A DNA stretch of 63,983 bases, counting the filler, from Tortispora ganteri (taxonomy: Eukaryota), in the NCBI GenBank assembly GCA_003707115.1. It is 17 parts of 17 records of this genome, joined end to end, with 100 filler letters (N's around TTAATTAATTAA, not from the genome) between each part and the next. Parts side by side here need not be neighbours in the genome. Positions count along the whole stretch, not along the records: positions 8,643 to 12,656 come from PPNB01000084.1; positions 12,757 to 16,762 come from PPNB01000085.1; positions 16,863 to 20,709 come from PPNB01000086.1; positions 20,810 to 24,541 come from PPNB01000087.1; 13 more parts are not named here. The stretch is one strand, 5' to 3'. Positions 10,246 to 22,200 of this stretch are shown here, in pieces (positions within the stretch are counted from its first letter, which is position 1; every line of letters begins with the position of its first letter). The notes below the pieces were generated by a model that ran no database searches, had not been told where the DNA came from, and saw nothing but the letters and a program-made list of their open reading frames with translations. The position numbers and the translations under genes are program-made.

Positions 10246-12654
10246 CTAGACGGGTTTGGAGAAAGAAACATCAACAAATATAGACATTTCAGTGTAGAAC
10301 ACTAATCGCAAGGGCGTCCATCCCACGGTTAATGTCTTATTTTTAAGCAAATAATCATCATTGTTGCTCATGACACCCCATCCCCCGCTTCCAATTGCCT
10401 CCATGTCCCCGCAACTCATCGCCCCTTCCCCGCCGTACACGTATCCTATGTACAAAGGTCTCAATGCAGAGACTTCATTTATGGTAATCGGTCCGAGAAC
10501 ATACATCAGAACCTCCGTCACTGCATTGACATCAAGGTCAAAACCTATGTCATCATTAAGTATTGACACAACAACCTCACCGGCATCACCTCGCCGGTAC
10601 TTCCCATCGGCTACCTCCGTTTCATTGTACTGTCTAAGATCCCCCTCCCACGATCGCCCCAGCAGCGTTTGCGACGGTTCGCACTGGCAGGCGTCTGACA
10701 CCACTCCGCAGCTGCTGCTACTCGACACGCTAGAACTCCACTGAGCTGAGCTGGATACGCTCCAACCAACACTCGAACTGATACTTGAATTGCCAGACGA
10801 AGTTGGTAAGACGCTCGAGTTGCTAAAAATCGAAGTGGGTAACACACTCGAGTTACTGTAGATCAAAGTCGGAAAGACGCTTGAAGAAGGCAAGATACTC
10901 GAGTTGCTGTAAGTCGAAGATGGTAAAACGCTCGAATTGCTAAATATCGAAGTTGTCAAGGCGCTCGAGTTATTATAGATCGACGTTGGTAAGGCGCTTG
11001 AGTTGCTGTAGATCAATGTAGGCAAGACGCTTGAGTTGCTGTAGATTGAAGAGGGTAAGACACTCGAGTTACTGTAGATCGACGTAGACAAGGCGCTTGA
11101 GTTGCTGTAGATCGACGTAGACAAGGCACTTGAGTTGCTGTAGATCGACGTTGGTAAGGCGCTCGAGTTGCTCGAGTTGCTATAAATCGACGTCGGCAAG
11201 GCGCTCGAGTTACTGTAGATTGAAGAGGGTAAGGCGCTCGAGTTGCTGTAGATCGACGTTGGTAAGGCGCTCGAGTTGCTGTAGATCGACGTTGGTAAGG
11301 CGTTCGAGTTACTATAGATCGACGAGGGCAAGAGACTTGAGTTGCTGTAAATTGATGATGGCAAGATACTTGAGTTGTTGTAGATCGACGTCGGCAAGGT
11401 GCTCGAGTTGCTATAAATTGATGATGGCAAGACGCTCGAGTTACTATAGATCGAAGATGGCAAGACAGTAGAGTTACTGTAAATTGATGATGGCAAGACG
11501 CTCGAGTTACTATAGATCGACGAGGGCAAGAGACTTGAGTTGCTGTAAATCGACGTCGGTAAAGCACTTGAGTTACTGTAGATCGACGATGGCAAGAGAC
11601 TTGAGTTGCTGTAGATCGACGTCGGTATGACACTCGAGTTGCTGTAGATCGACGTCGGTAAGGCGCTCGAGTTGCTGTAGATCGACGTTGGTAAGGCGCT
11701 CGAGTTACTATAGATCGACGTTGGTAAGGCGCTCGAGTTGCTGTAGATCGACGTTGGTAAGGCGCTCGAGTTGCTGTAGATCGAAGAGGGTATGACACTC
11801 GAGTTGCTGTAGATCGACGTCGGTAAAGCACTTGAGTTACTGTAAATCGACGTCGGTAAGGCGCTCGAGTTGCTGTAGATCGACGTTGGTAAGGCGCTCG
11901 AGTTGCTGTAGATCGACGTTGGTAAGGCGCTCGAGTTACTATAGATCGACGTTGGTAAGGCGCTCGAGTTGCTGTAGATCGAAGAGGGTATGACACTCGA
12001 GTTGCTGTAGATTGACGTCGGTAAAGCACTTGAGTTACTGTAAATTGATGATGGCAAGACGCTCGAGTTACTATAGATCGACGAGGGCAAGAGACTTGAG
12101 TTGCTGTAGATCGAAGTTGGCAAGACGCTCGAGTTGCTGTAGATCGACGTCGGCAAGACGCTCGAGTTACTGTAAATCGAGGTCGGTAAAGCACTTGAGT
12201 TACTGTAGATTGACGAGGGCAAGGCGCTCGAGTTGCTGTAAATCGACGTCGGTAAAGCACTCGAGTTACTATAGATCGAAGATGGCAAGGCGCTCGAGTT
12301 GCTGTAGATCGACGTTGGTAAGGCGCTCGAGTTGCTGTAGATCGACGTCGGTATGACACTCGAGTTGCTGTAAATCGACGTCGGTAAAGCACTTGAGTTG
12401 CTGTAGATCGACGAGGGCAAGTGACTTGAGTTGCTGTAAATCGACGTCGGTAAAGCACTTGAGTTGCTTAACACTGATGAAGAAAACAGAATGCTCGAGA
12501 CGTTAGACGAAGTAACCGGTAATGCACTTGAATTGCTGTAGGCCGAAGTCGGTAAGATGCTCGAGTTGCTTAATACCGATGAAACTGGCACAACACTTGA
12601 ATTGCTTAAAATCGTTGAAGACGCAAGAACGCTCGAGCTAGCAACTGAAGCACT
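10246..12654 (-). CDS. Family member 3' part; allele or recent paralog of 1988-4324 (5' partial)
   Basis: Same flanks and terminal domain (6 aa differences), but different stalk repeat number and order. Confidence 0.88.
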   Translation of the reverse strand, partial: SASVASSSVLASSTILSNSSVVPVSSVLSNSSILPTSAYSNSSALPVTSSNVSSILFSSSVLSNSSALPTSIYSNSSHLPSSIYSNSSALPTSIYSNSSVIPTSIYSNSSALPTSIYSNSSALPSSIYSNSSALPTSIYSNSSALPSSIYSNSSALPTSIYSNSSVLPTSIYSNSSVLPTSIYSNSSLLPSSIYSNSSVLPSSIYSNSSALPTSIYSNSSVIPSSIYSNSSALPTSIYSNSSALPTSIYSNSSALPTSIYSNSSALPTSIYSNSSALPTSIYSNSSVIPSSIYSNSSALPTSIYSNSSALPTSIYSNSSALPTSIYSNSSALPTSIYSNSSVIPTSIYSNSSLLPSSIYSNSSALPTSIYSNSSLLPSSIYSNSSVLPSSIYSNSTVLPSSIYSNSSVLPSSIYSNSSTLPTSIYNNSSILPSSIYSNSSLLPSSIYSNSNALPTSIYSNSSALPTSIYSNSSALPSSIYSNSSALPTSIYSNSSNSSALPTSIYSNSSALSTSIYSNSSALSTSIYSNSSVLPSSIYSNSSVLPTLIYSNSSALPTSIYNNSSALTTSIFSNSSVLPSSTYSNSSILPSSSVFPTLIYSNSSVLPTSIFSNSSVLPTSSGNSSISSSVGWSVSSSAQWSSSVSSSSSCGVVSDACQCEPSQTLLGRSWEGDLRQYNETEVADGKYRRGDAGEVVVSILNDDIGFDLDVNAVTEVLMYVLGPITINEVSALRPLYIGYVYGGEGAMSCGDMEAIGSGGWGVMSNNDDYLLKNKTLTVGWTPLRLVFYTEMSIFVDVSFSKPV
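10800..12470 (-). repeat. 30-bp NSS-decamer coding minisatellite
   Basis: Tandem units visible directly. Confidence 0.95.
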
Positions 12655-12756
12655 TGNNNNNNNNNNNNNNNNNNNNNNNNNNNNNNNNNNNNNNNNNNNN
12701 TTAATTAATTAANNNNNNNNNNNNNNNNNNNNNNNNNNNNNNNNNNNNNNNNNNNN

Positions 12757-13387
12757 GGTACTCGACGTAGCCTTGTTCGGAAACTGATGCCGATATAGAG
12801 TTTGACGAGACCGTGGCGGCCACGTCGTCTCGCTGATAGTTCCTGTAGTCACCGTTCTGGATATCGCTGGACGACAAGTCTACTGCGCCCTCGTATATAG
12901 CGGCAAATGCTTGGCCTGCGTTGTAGGCAGGTGCGGTTGAGCATGCGTCTGCAGGTACAGTCGTAGGAACAGTCGTAGGAACAGTCGTAGGAACAGTCGT
13001 AGGAACAGTCGCGGTAGCTGTAGCGGGGTGTGTAGGCGGAGGCGCAGGTGCTATAGTTTCCGTGATGATGACTGGAATCTCAATGGAGACGTGCACGTCA
13101 ACCGACACGGAAATAGACACAGACTCGTAATAAGACCAAACGTAGGTACAGTCGTCTTTGACGAGAGGCGGACTAGGTACATAGGTCACCGTAGCGGGTG
13201 TGCATTGGTTGCAGTACCAGCCTGAAACCGTAGACACGTGGGGCGCACATTGATCGTCGTAAACGGTCGCACGTGTAGCACCAGACTCAGAAGTGTACAA
13301 GCGCCCATAGACAGTAGAAGTCTCAACAGGTGGGCTGCAAATGAGCGTGTTCGTTTCCACGATAGTACTGTATACTGTCTGCACCAT
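12757..13387 (-). CDS. Family member 5' part (3' partial)
   Basis: MVQTVYSTIVETNTLICSPP, then PTTV repeats and the start of domain A. Confidence 0.85.
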
Positions 13388-15095
13388 GAAGAGTGATTGA
13401 GAGCAAAGAGCAGTGCCTCGCGTTTCTTTTAAGTACTAGCAGAAACCATAAAATCTCATTAGCTTTTCCACTTGAAACTTATCATTATCTTATTTGGCCT
13501 AGCATTTTTGACATTCTTCTAGTCACCTTGAGTATGTCATAGTGGTTAAGTTGAAAGAGAGTGACTTGATGGGTTGCCAGGTAATTAAAGTTTTAAAGTT
13601 CATACTAGCGACTTTTAGTCTTGAATTCGTGCTTTCGCATGGCTACAGAAACTAAATGGCAAGAACGAGAGCTGTACATGTATCGTTTAGTGTATTGCAG
13701 CGTTAACAGTTTTCTGGTAAAATTTTTAAAGAAATAAATCTATTGTAATTCGTTACATTGTAAAAATTATTGACTAATTATTGATATGTACGGGCCGCTG
13801 AGAAGTAATAGTTTCTCTATAAGTTAGATAAAGTTTCAAACGAGCTTAGATCAATATATATGTGGAGAGCTTAAGTACATATTCAAGGTTATATGATTGA
13901 ATCAAACCCTGAAAAATCTCGCTTGGGGTTGCAGTAATTAAATAATTTTTTTAAAAAACTGCCTACTAAGTTCTATTCGAGCTATTAAATCTATCTAATT
14001 GAGTCGTTAATAGTTGAAAAAAAGCGCCCTGATTCACAGTAATTATCTAAATAGCACATCATCGCAATTATCGCATGATTATTCATTTAAGAAATTAATT
14101 ATTGAAGAGGGGTTAGTAGGGGGGAAAATCTTTCATATTGCCTATTTTATTTCATTCTTATTTTATGAATATTTCTATACTTTTCCATTTATTCGACTTT
14201 TTCGGATTCGGAAACTCATCTCCGACTGCATAATTTGCAACTCGAGTTGCGGTAAAATGACCTGACCGGTTCCCCGATGTTCTGACAATTCAGAAATCTT
14301 TAATATAGGCCCGGATTTTTTACCAATCATTAAACTTAGCTCATAACTTTATTAAGAAAAAAATTACATTGAAATTGAGAATTTACTGCATATTATTTGT
14401 TCTTACTAGTTCTTCATATAATGTAATCATACAACTTTGTAGTTTTCTTGTTTTCGATAACCCACTACATTCTTCAATTTTAAACAAATTATTCTATACA
14501 TGCTTGCATCTTAAATAGCTATAGTATTGCAAGATTTTAAAGATTTAATAGATTCTTCAACGCGGTTTTTTTAGTGTGATGCGCCATTATCAAAGTTCAT
14601 AGATCTCATTTATGTTCCAGATACTCCCGATTACGAGATTTAAAAAAAAAAAACTTTATTTCTCGCTTTGCCTAATATAATGATATTTGGCATGTGCCAA
14701 TCATTGCCTATATTGAAATAAATCAGGTTTCTGTACTCTACCAAAATCAATGAAATTTGTCTAATAATTTTTGTAAAAATTATTTAGAATCTTCTAGCCT
14801 TTAATTCAATGATTTATTAGTTTTCTACTACGCGATTATTTCCATTAATACCACGATTATCGCACTAGTCCACTTTCGCACTAAGGTACTGCTGATTCAA
14901 TTTATGAAGCTAATCTCATTTAACTTTAATTCCTACTCATTTAACTTTAATTTCCACTCACACTGGTTCAACCGGCTTTTCAGATACTTGCATTTTTCAG
15001 TATTGATTTTCCTGGAAATCCACAACAACAACTACTCCCCTATTCATCTGTATTTACTCAAAAATACATAAATAAATATCTTTATAAATATACAT

Positions 15096-16760
15096 TTATA
15101 CACTCGCAGGAATATCATATCCTGCAAATGAAACTTGCACGTTGAGTGCTGTGAAATCCAAAAACGTACTCCATGCTGCCAATCGGTTGTCTTGGTCAAT
15201 AACAACAACAACACGGAATGGATACCAGTACATAGAGCTAAATGATCCCATAATAATTTGAGAGAACGCAGTACTCGGGCTGTTAACATCCAGCCCAGTG
15301 TTGTACGAGCTTTGACCACCACTGCCAATCGCCGATCCATCAAGACATTCAGCAGCAACAGACCCAATTGCTATATACATTGTAGCATTTTCAACTGCTG
15401 CAACAATATTGTTCAATGTAAATAATGCATACATCGCTTCAGTATTCGGCTTGAAATAGCCAACAACTTCAGAAGGTCCAGCGGTTTCACCTTGGAATAC
15501 CCAGCTCACCGAATAGTCAGTGTAACTAAGGTCATTCGAGTAAACAGTCCGCTCGTTAAACCTGTACGACGCATCAACAATTTCGCTCTCGCTATAGTAA
15601 TTATCCGATGTATACATCGCCGCAAATACTCCCGATAGTTCGGCATTAGAGTCGATTGCAACACAACTAGATGTCTCGATAGGTACCGGACTAGAACTAG
15701 AACCCCCAGCCATAGAGGTAACAGATGATAGGCTAGTCGGTGCGTATATGGAGCTGGAGCTCAAAACAGGAACAGCAGAAGCCGGAATATCTCGGCCTGC
15801 AAACTCTATAGACTCAGCCGTAGTGCCCGTGAAATCCAAAAATGTTCCCCATTCAACGGACAGATTGTCTTCGTCAAGAATAACAACAATTCGGAAAGCA
15901 TACCAGTACTCTGAACTAAACGGCCCCATAATTAATTGAGAAAACGCCGTGCTCGGGTTTTCAACATTAATTCCAGTATTGTAGGCACTCTTGCCTCCAG
16001 TTCCAATAGTAGGCTCATCGAGACATTCAGCTGCAACAGGTCCAACTGCTACATACATAGTCGCGTTAACAATAGGATCCACAATGTTGTTGAGCGTGAA
16101 AAGTGCATAATCAACATCTGTAGCAGGCTTAAAATAACCAACCACTTCAGATGGTCCAGTAGTAGTGCTCTGATATACCCAGCTCACAGATAAAGGTGTA
16201 TAATCAATCGCTGTAGAATATACAGTGCGTTCATTAAATCTGTAAGATCCATCAATAATCTCGCTTTCACTGTAATATTCGCTTGAAGTGTACATAGCAG
16301 CAAATACGCTATTAATAGTAGCACTATTATCAATAACAGAGCAGCCTAAAGTATCGGAGACAGCTGATAATGAAGCACTGGCTGACGGAGATACTACTTC
16401 AGAAGAAGAAGACATTTCAGATGGAGACGCGCTAGCGGAAATAGAGCCGATCTCGGAAGGCGATGCACTAGCGGAAATAGAGCTGATCTCGGAAGACGAT
16501 CCACTAGTCGACGGTGAGATACTGTCTGACAGAGACATAATATTAGAGGACAGAGAATATACAATAGACGAAGGCGTGGAAATCGAAGTGGCACCAGATG
16601 ATGATAGAACATCACTTGAAGAGGTTGGCACTAGGGATGCCGACGCCGAAGACGGCAGTGGCGAAGCCGGAATATCTCGTCCTGCAAACTCTATAGACTC
16701 AGCCGTAGTGCCCGTGAAATCCAAAAATGTTCCCCATTCAACGGACAGATTGTCTTCGTC
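15096..16760 (-). CDS. Protein with at least 3 tandem GLEYA/PA14-like domains separated by Ser-rich linkers (5' partial)
   Basis: Two full repeats FAAMY...YRFNER...EVVGYFKP...FTL...VAAEC...YWY(A/P)FR(I/V)V plus the tail of a third. GYFKP and YPxRxV recall GLEYA/Flo5-type PA14 motifs. Confidence 0.85.
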   Translation of the reverse strand, partial: DEDNLSVEWGTFLDFTGTTAESIEFAGRDIPASPLPSSASASLVPTSSSDVLSSSGATSISTPSSIVYSLSSNIMSLSDSISPSTSGSSSEISSISASASPSEIGSISASASPSEMSSSSEVVSPSASASLSAVSDTLGCSVIDNSATINSVFAAMYTSSEYYSESEIIDGSYRFNERTVYSTAIDYTPLSVSWVYQSTTTGPSEVVGYFKPATDVDYALFTLNNIVDPIVNATMYVAVGPVAAECLDEPTIGTGGKSAYNTGINVENPSTAFSQLIMGPFSSEYWYAFRIVVILDEDNLSVEWGTFLDFTGTTAESIEFAGRDIPASAVPVLSSSSIYAPTSLSSVTSMAGGSSSSPVPIETSSCVAIDSNAELSGVFAAMYTSDNYYSESEIVDASYRFNERTVYSNDLSYTDYSVSWVFQGETAGPSEVVGYFKPNTEAMYALFTLNNIVAAVENATMYIAIGSVAAECLDGSAIGSGGQSSYNTGLDVNSPSTAFSQIIMGSFSSMYWYPFRVVVVIDQDNRLAAWSTFLDFTALNVQVSFAGYDIPASV

Positions 16761-16862
16761 AANNNNNNNNNNNNNNNNNNNNNNNNNNNNNNNNNNNNNN
16801 NNNNNNTTAATTAATTAANNNNNNNNNNNNNNNNNNNNNNNNNNNNNNNNNNNNNNNNNNNN

Positions 16863-19089
16863 ATGGCTGAGATAAGCCGGATTGAACAAGTACTGTGCGG
16901 GTAGCATCAGTCATAGTTTGGATGGCCCGTTCAGCAGATCCATTCTGTTGAGGAGTATAAGGGAGCGAAGTCTGAATTATACCACCTTCGATATTCACAA
17001 ACTCACGTAGAGTGTGATTTACGATTTCAGTTCCGTTGTCGGAACGAATTATCTGAAGGGGTTGTCCGGTGAGAGCAATGCACGATTTTAACCAACCAAC
17101 CAGTTTGTCAGAAAGGTTAGCCTTAGTCGAGGATGGAAATACCGATGTAAAATGGGTATAATCATCTCGAATGAGAAGAAAATACCGTTCACCTCCACGT
17201 CCGATAGGAGTAATAGGACCACAAGTGTCAACATGGACAATACCAAGAGGTTTGGTCGCTCGATTTTCGGATGGAGTGAAAGAATGTCGAATTCGTTTGC
17301 CTTTAGAGCACGAATCACATTCAATATTGGTAACACGTGAATCGATCTGATTGTGTTTAAGAGTTCGGTTAACCGCTTCTTTGTTGAAGTGGCCATAGCG
17401 AGCATGCCAGTCTTTGCTGGACGCATTTGCTATTACCGCATAGGTACCTGGACCAATGGGTGAGCCGGGATTGCTTGATGTCGACAATTTCAGAATGGGA
17501 AGTTTTGACTCTGGGTCATAGCTCCCTCCAAATTTGAAACCATTACGATAAGTTACTTTCCAAGAGTGTTTATCGAGGTAAACTCTGGCACCATCCTGAG
17601 TCAGTCTATTGGCTGAGAGGATGTTTATATTTCCTAATTCAGGGAATATGCGTACCTTAGAGAGTTTCAGTGTTCGATTGCCTTCAAGCGAAAGCGTTGT
17701 CGAACCAATCAAGTCTGTGAATGTATTGTATCCTCCAAACTGCATATTAATGCCATTTGAACGATCAATTATCTCAAAGCATTGGCCACCACTTACGTGA
17801 GCAGAGGCACCACTGTCAAGAATCCAAACATTTCCAGAAGAAATTGTTGTAGGTTTGACCGAAGCATTGAGCGTGCTGATTGCCACGAGACATGGTTTGT
17901 TTGCGGATTCAACAGTTAACGGACCAGAATTTTGGTTTGATAGGGCCTCTTTAAGGCGACGACAATCTTGAGCAGAATGACCCTGTTTGGAGCAGTAAAT
18001 GCAGGTAATAGGACCAGCAGTGTTCCGATTGAAGCGACCACTTTTAAATCCTTTCTTCTTGTTGTTCTTGGACAATTTTTGAGAGTATTCAGATTTATGT
18101 CCATGAAGCACAAGAGGCTTGGAGATTGCTGAATTTCCGTAGTTTTGATTGAACTTCGCATATCGGAGATATTTGTCAGCGATCGACTGAACAGAAGGTA
18201 GAGGTTCATTCTTCCTGGAAGCTTCTTTCAATTCTTCAGTCATAGTAGTAACTATGCCTGACTCAGGTATGTTTGTTGGCAGGATTTGCAAGAAGTGAGC
18301 GAGAACAGCATAGTTGAGAGAAGGGTCAAGAATGTCAATTCTTTCAGCCATCCTAACGTATTTTTCCACTGCTTCATCCACCGCAATTCGAGTAGTGTTA
18401 GAGTGGTCAATCTTATAGCTTATGGCTTGATGGAGTAAGTCATCAGCAACTTGGCCACTTGAGGCATAAGCATTCAGGTATGCTCTTTCCATGATTTGGC
18501 ACAAAGTTGGAGCAGTATGCTTTCCATCTGCGCCCAGATAATCAACATATTCAGGATTGCCAGCCAGATTGTGTTGAATTTTCCTTAGAGAGTCTGGAGT
18601 GACAATTGCCAAAAGAACTAATTTGGCTTGATTATGTTCAACAAATCGCCAATGTCTTGGAAGTCTTAGGCCCGTAGTACTAAAGACTGAGTGTTCTTCC
18701 AGGTAAGGTTCCTCTTTTATCCAACGGGAAATTCTTAAAGGATGTTGGCTTGAGTTAGCACTGCCAAGTATATTTGACAGCAAAAACTTGACATCGCTAT
18801 AGGATTCAGCATCTAAGACATATTTCTTCTGAATCCCCTGAAGAGCAGTTTGAAATGTGCTTCTGATTGAGCTGGCTAACTTCTCAGCGTTGATGCTTTC
18901 AAGAATCCTTATTTCCTCGGAGTTGTTAGACAGATCATGAATTTCTTCATGAGTTAACAAGGTACGTTCAGAAGGTCGTGAGGTTTCTTCAAGAACCTCA
19001 GAGGCTTCTGGAATATTAATGTCATTGTTTGTTCCAGTTGGAACTTCACTTTGAATAGTGCGACGAGCGCGTCCTCGAGTTTCAGACAT
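16863..19089 (-). CDS. Copia Gag-Pol polyprotein, single frame (3' partial)
   Basis: Zn knuckle CIYCSKQGHSAQDC, protease WILDSGASAH, HHCC WHARYGH...CDSC, integrase core HVDTCGP / IRSDNGTE / PQQNGSAER. Confidence 0.95.
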
Positions 19090-19096
19090 TGATACT

Positions 19097-19110
19097 TTCG
19101 GCTTTTAACC
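19097..19110 (-). other. Primer-binding site complementary to a tRNA-Lys(UUU) anticodon arm
   Basis: Element strand reads ...CA|GGTTAAAAGCCGAA directly after the LTR. The + strand TTCGGCTTTTAACC matches the yeast tRNA-Lys(UUU) anticodon arm as I recall it. Confidence 0.75.
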
Positions 19111-19649
19111 TGTTGGAGAACTACCCGAATAGGGTAATGTAGCTTAGGGTTTTGAGCGCAATGAGAGAAACTACGTGTAGATACGTGAAGTATTAGAAAG
19201 AGGTAAACCTTGATCAGTAATAAGATCTGGGCTAAAAACCTCTTGTCGTACAATATTCTTGATAATGTAACTGTCTTAACAATGCAGATGTATTGCACTG
19301 CAGGGAAGCGGTCTGTGTATTATGCTTAGACTTTGGTCTGAAGCTTGTCACTATACGCTGGTTGACTGTTTAGAGACTGTTGTCTGTCTGCCTTGATCAG
19401 GGGCAGATGGACGTCTATTTATCATGTTCGTGGGATTTGTAAAATCACGTCACGTATGTTAATTACCTCGTTATTTGAGGTATATAAGCCCAATTGGGGT
19501 CTTCTATGCGTGATATGGAAGAGCTTTAGGAGAAAGCTACCGCATTTGTAATATGAGCGGTTTTATCTTTATTATGAAGGTTGGGAAAAAGAACTAGTAC
19601 TAGGTTTTACGGTTTGGGAACTTGTGCCCTTGACAACCGTCTTCCAACA
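19111..19649 (-). repeat. 5' LTR (539 bp)
   Basis: Bounded by 7-bp inverted termini TGTTGGA...TCCAACA and adjacent to the PBS. The second LTR is not in the window. Confidence 0.8.
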
Positions 19650-19931
19650 AGATCCAATGCGCGCGATCGTAGGCAGAGTTACCCGCTCTGGTCTTCCCAA
19701 AGGTAAGTGCCAGGTGAGATTTGGTCAGTTCAATCTATATCACACAATTCCTACTACATCCGCAGAACGTTGCCCCCTTCCTTACTTGATAAAACCAGAT
19801 CTTCAACCGTTTACCGTCCTATATTTAAGGACACTGTAAGTCTGGCTTCTCAAAATTTTAGGAAATCAAAACAACCGGAGCGTCAATTGAGTGAATCTCG
19901 TTCTAGGAAACGTGCACGAAACGAAGAACGG

Positions 19932-20709
19932 ATGCCTGTTGATCCAATGTCACCCACTTTACCCGTATCTAGAACGGTTTCTACTTATTGTGGACACAAT
20001 GTCACAGAAGTGACTCGCCTCATGATACAGACTCTTTCAGACATCGGATACTCTGATCTCGCAACGTCGCTAGAAAAGGCCTCCGGTTACTCCATCGAAA
20101 CTCCTGAAGTCGCTAGCTTCAGGAAAGCAGTCATCTCAGGCGACTGGGATGACGTAGAAGCAAGAATTCGCATGCTCGAACTCAAACCGGGCGTCGATGT
20201 AGAATCACTCGTGTTCAACGTTCACCGTCAAAAATTCCTTGAACTTTTACAGGCCAAAGAAGTTCAGAAGGCAATGGTCGTTTTGCGCACCCAACTGAGT
20301 ACATATCAAAGTGATCTTTCTAAGCTCCATCATCTTTCTTCACTTGTAATGTGCACTTCTACTAAAGATTTATGTGAGCGCGCTAACTGGGAAAGCTCAA
20401 GACCTAAAAGCAGGCTTGCCCTTCTGGAATCCATTCAAGAAAAAATATCTCCCTCAGTGATGATCGCTCCTCATCGTCTGGCCACTCTACTAACCCAGGC
20501 TCAAGAGTCTCAAGTTTCGAAGTGTTTGTACCACTGCTCTAATCAAGACATGACTTTATACACAGATCATTGCTGCACAAAGAGCAATTTCCCCACAGTA
20601 ACTACACACGAATTAGTCTATCACTCTAACGAAGTGTGGTATGCTCAGTTTTCACATGATGGCCAAAAACTAGCCTCAGCTTCTAAAGATGGTACAGTCG
20701 CTATTTGGG
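19932..20709 (+). CDS. GID7: WDR26/Gid7-like LisH-CTLH-WD40 subunit of the GID complex (3' partial, start uncertain)
   Basis: EVTRLMIQTLSDIGY, FRKAVISGDW, QKFLELL, IAPHRLATLL, HSNEVWYAQFSHDGQKLASASKD. Confidence 0.85.
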
Positions 20710-20809
20710 NNNNNNNNNNNNNNNNNNNNNNNNNNNNNNNNNNNNNNNNNNNNTTAATTAATTAANNNNNNNNNNNNNNNNNNNNNNNNNNNNNNNNNNN
20801 NNNNNNNNN

Positions 20810-21450
20810 CCAGATGACGCTGAGCCAGATGACGCTGAGCCAGATGACGCTGAGCCAGATGACGCTGAGCCAGACGAAGTTGAGCCAGATGACGCCGATC
20901 CAGATGATAACGATCCAGATGACAACGATCCAGATGACAACGATCCAGATGACAACGATCCAGACGACAACGATCCAGATGACAACGATCCAGATGACAA
21001 CGATCCAGATGACAACGATCCAGATGAAGCAGAGCCAGACGACGCTGAGCCAGATGACGCAGAGCCAGACGAGGCAGAGCCAGATGAGGCTGAGCCAGAC
21101 GACAACGATCCAGATGAGGCTGAGCCAGACGATAACGATCCAGACGACAACGATCCAGATGACAACGATCCAGATGAAGCAGAGCCAGACGACGCTGAGC
21201 CAGATGATGCAGAGCCAGACGAAGCTAAACCAGACGAGGCAGAGCCAGACAAGGCTGAATTAGACGACGCTGAGCCAGATAACGCAGAGCCAGACGATGA
21301 GACTGCAGACGAGGCAGAGCCAGACGACGCTGAGCCAGATGACGCTGAACCAGACGAGGCAGAGCCAGACGATGAGACTGCAGACGAGGCAAAGCCAGAC
21401 GACGCTGAGCCAGATGACGCTGAACCAGACGAGGCAGAGCCAGACGATGA
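20810..21450 (-). repeat. 15-bp coding repeat (SSGSA/SSGSL)
   Basis: cagatgacgctgagc-type units. Confidence 0.95.
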
Positions 21451-22200
21451 AATTACAGACGACACTGATCCAAAAGCAGAATTAGAACGTGTTGCAGAGC
21501 TGAAGCCAAAGCTAGACATATATTCGTCAGATAAGGAAGAACCCGACTGAGTAGGCGTAGAGTTAGCCGAAGCAGACGAAAGAGTTGTGTCAGCTGAAGT
21601 TGTAGTTATTGAAGACGAAGCAGACCTAATCTCTGACGATAAAATCGAAGTAGGCAGAGAAGTGATCGTACGTGATCCGGCTGCCGGAGGCACCAGTGTT
21701 CCGGAAGGAGGAATTGTAGTTGTTATTATCACGGGTACTTCAATAGAGATATCTATATCTATCCTTATTGATATAGATACTTCCTCATAGTAAGACCAGA
21801 CATAGGTACAGTCATTAGTGACTAGAGGAGGAGAAGGGATACAGGATATAACAGTAGGAACGCACTGATTGCAATACCAACCTGTTGGGATAGTTTGATA
21901 GGGTGAGCATGAGTGATCATAAGCAGTTACCGGTGTAGCTTCAGGGACACCGCCTGCACCACCTGCAGTACCACCAGAAAAGACATTAGTGTATGCGAAA
22001 TCATTTGGATTTCCAGAGTCAGAGGTGTATCCACGTCCATAGACTGTCGTGGTAGTGACAACAGGAGGCTCGCAGACCAGGGTCTGCCACTCGGTGACGG
22101 TGCTCCATACGACGTTCTGCTGCTCTGGAATGGCAAGAGCTGCGGGATCTGCAGCCGGATGGGCTGCGCGCGCAGCGAGTGCATTCCACAAGTGAGGCAT
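20810..22200 (-). CDS. Divergent family member: Ala/Pro-rich extension, N-domain with Gly insertion, SSGS(A/L) stalk (3' partial)
   Basis: CEPP...GWYCNQCVP...PPLVTNDCTYVWSYYE motif. Confidence 0.85.

Larger units (their letters stand above)
16863..19649 (-). mobile_element. Ty1/copia LTR retrotransposon, 5' half
   Basis: LTR, PBS and a gag-PR-IN ORF in copia domain order; cut by the contig end before RT. Confidence 0.95.
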
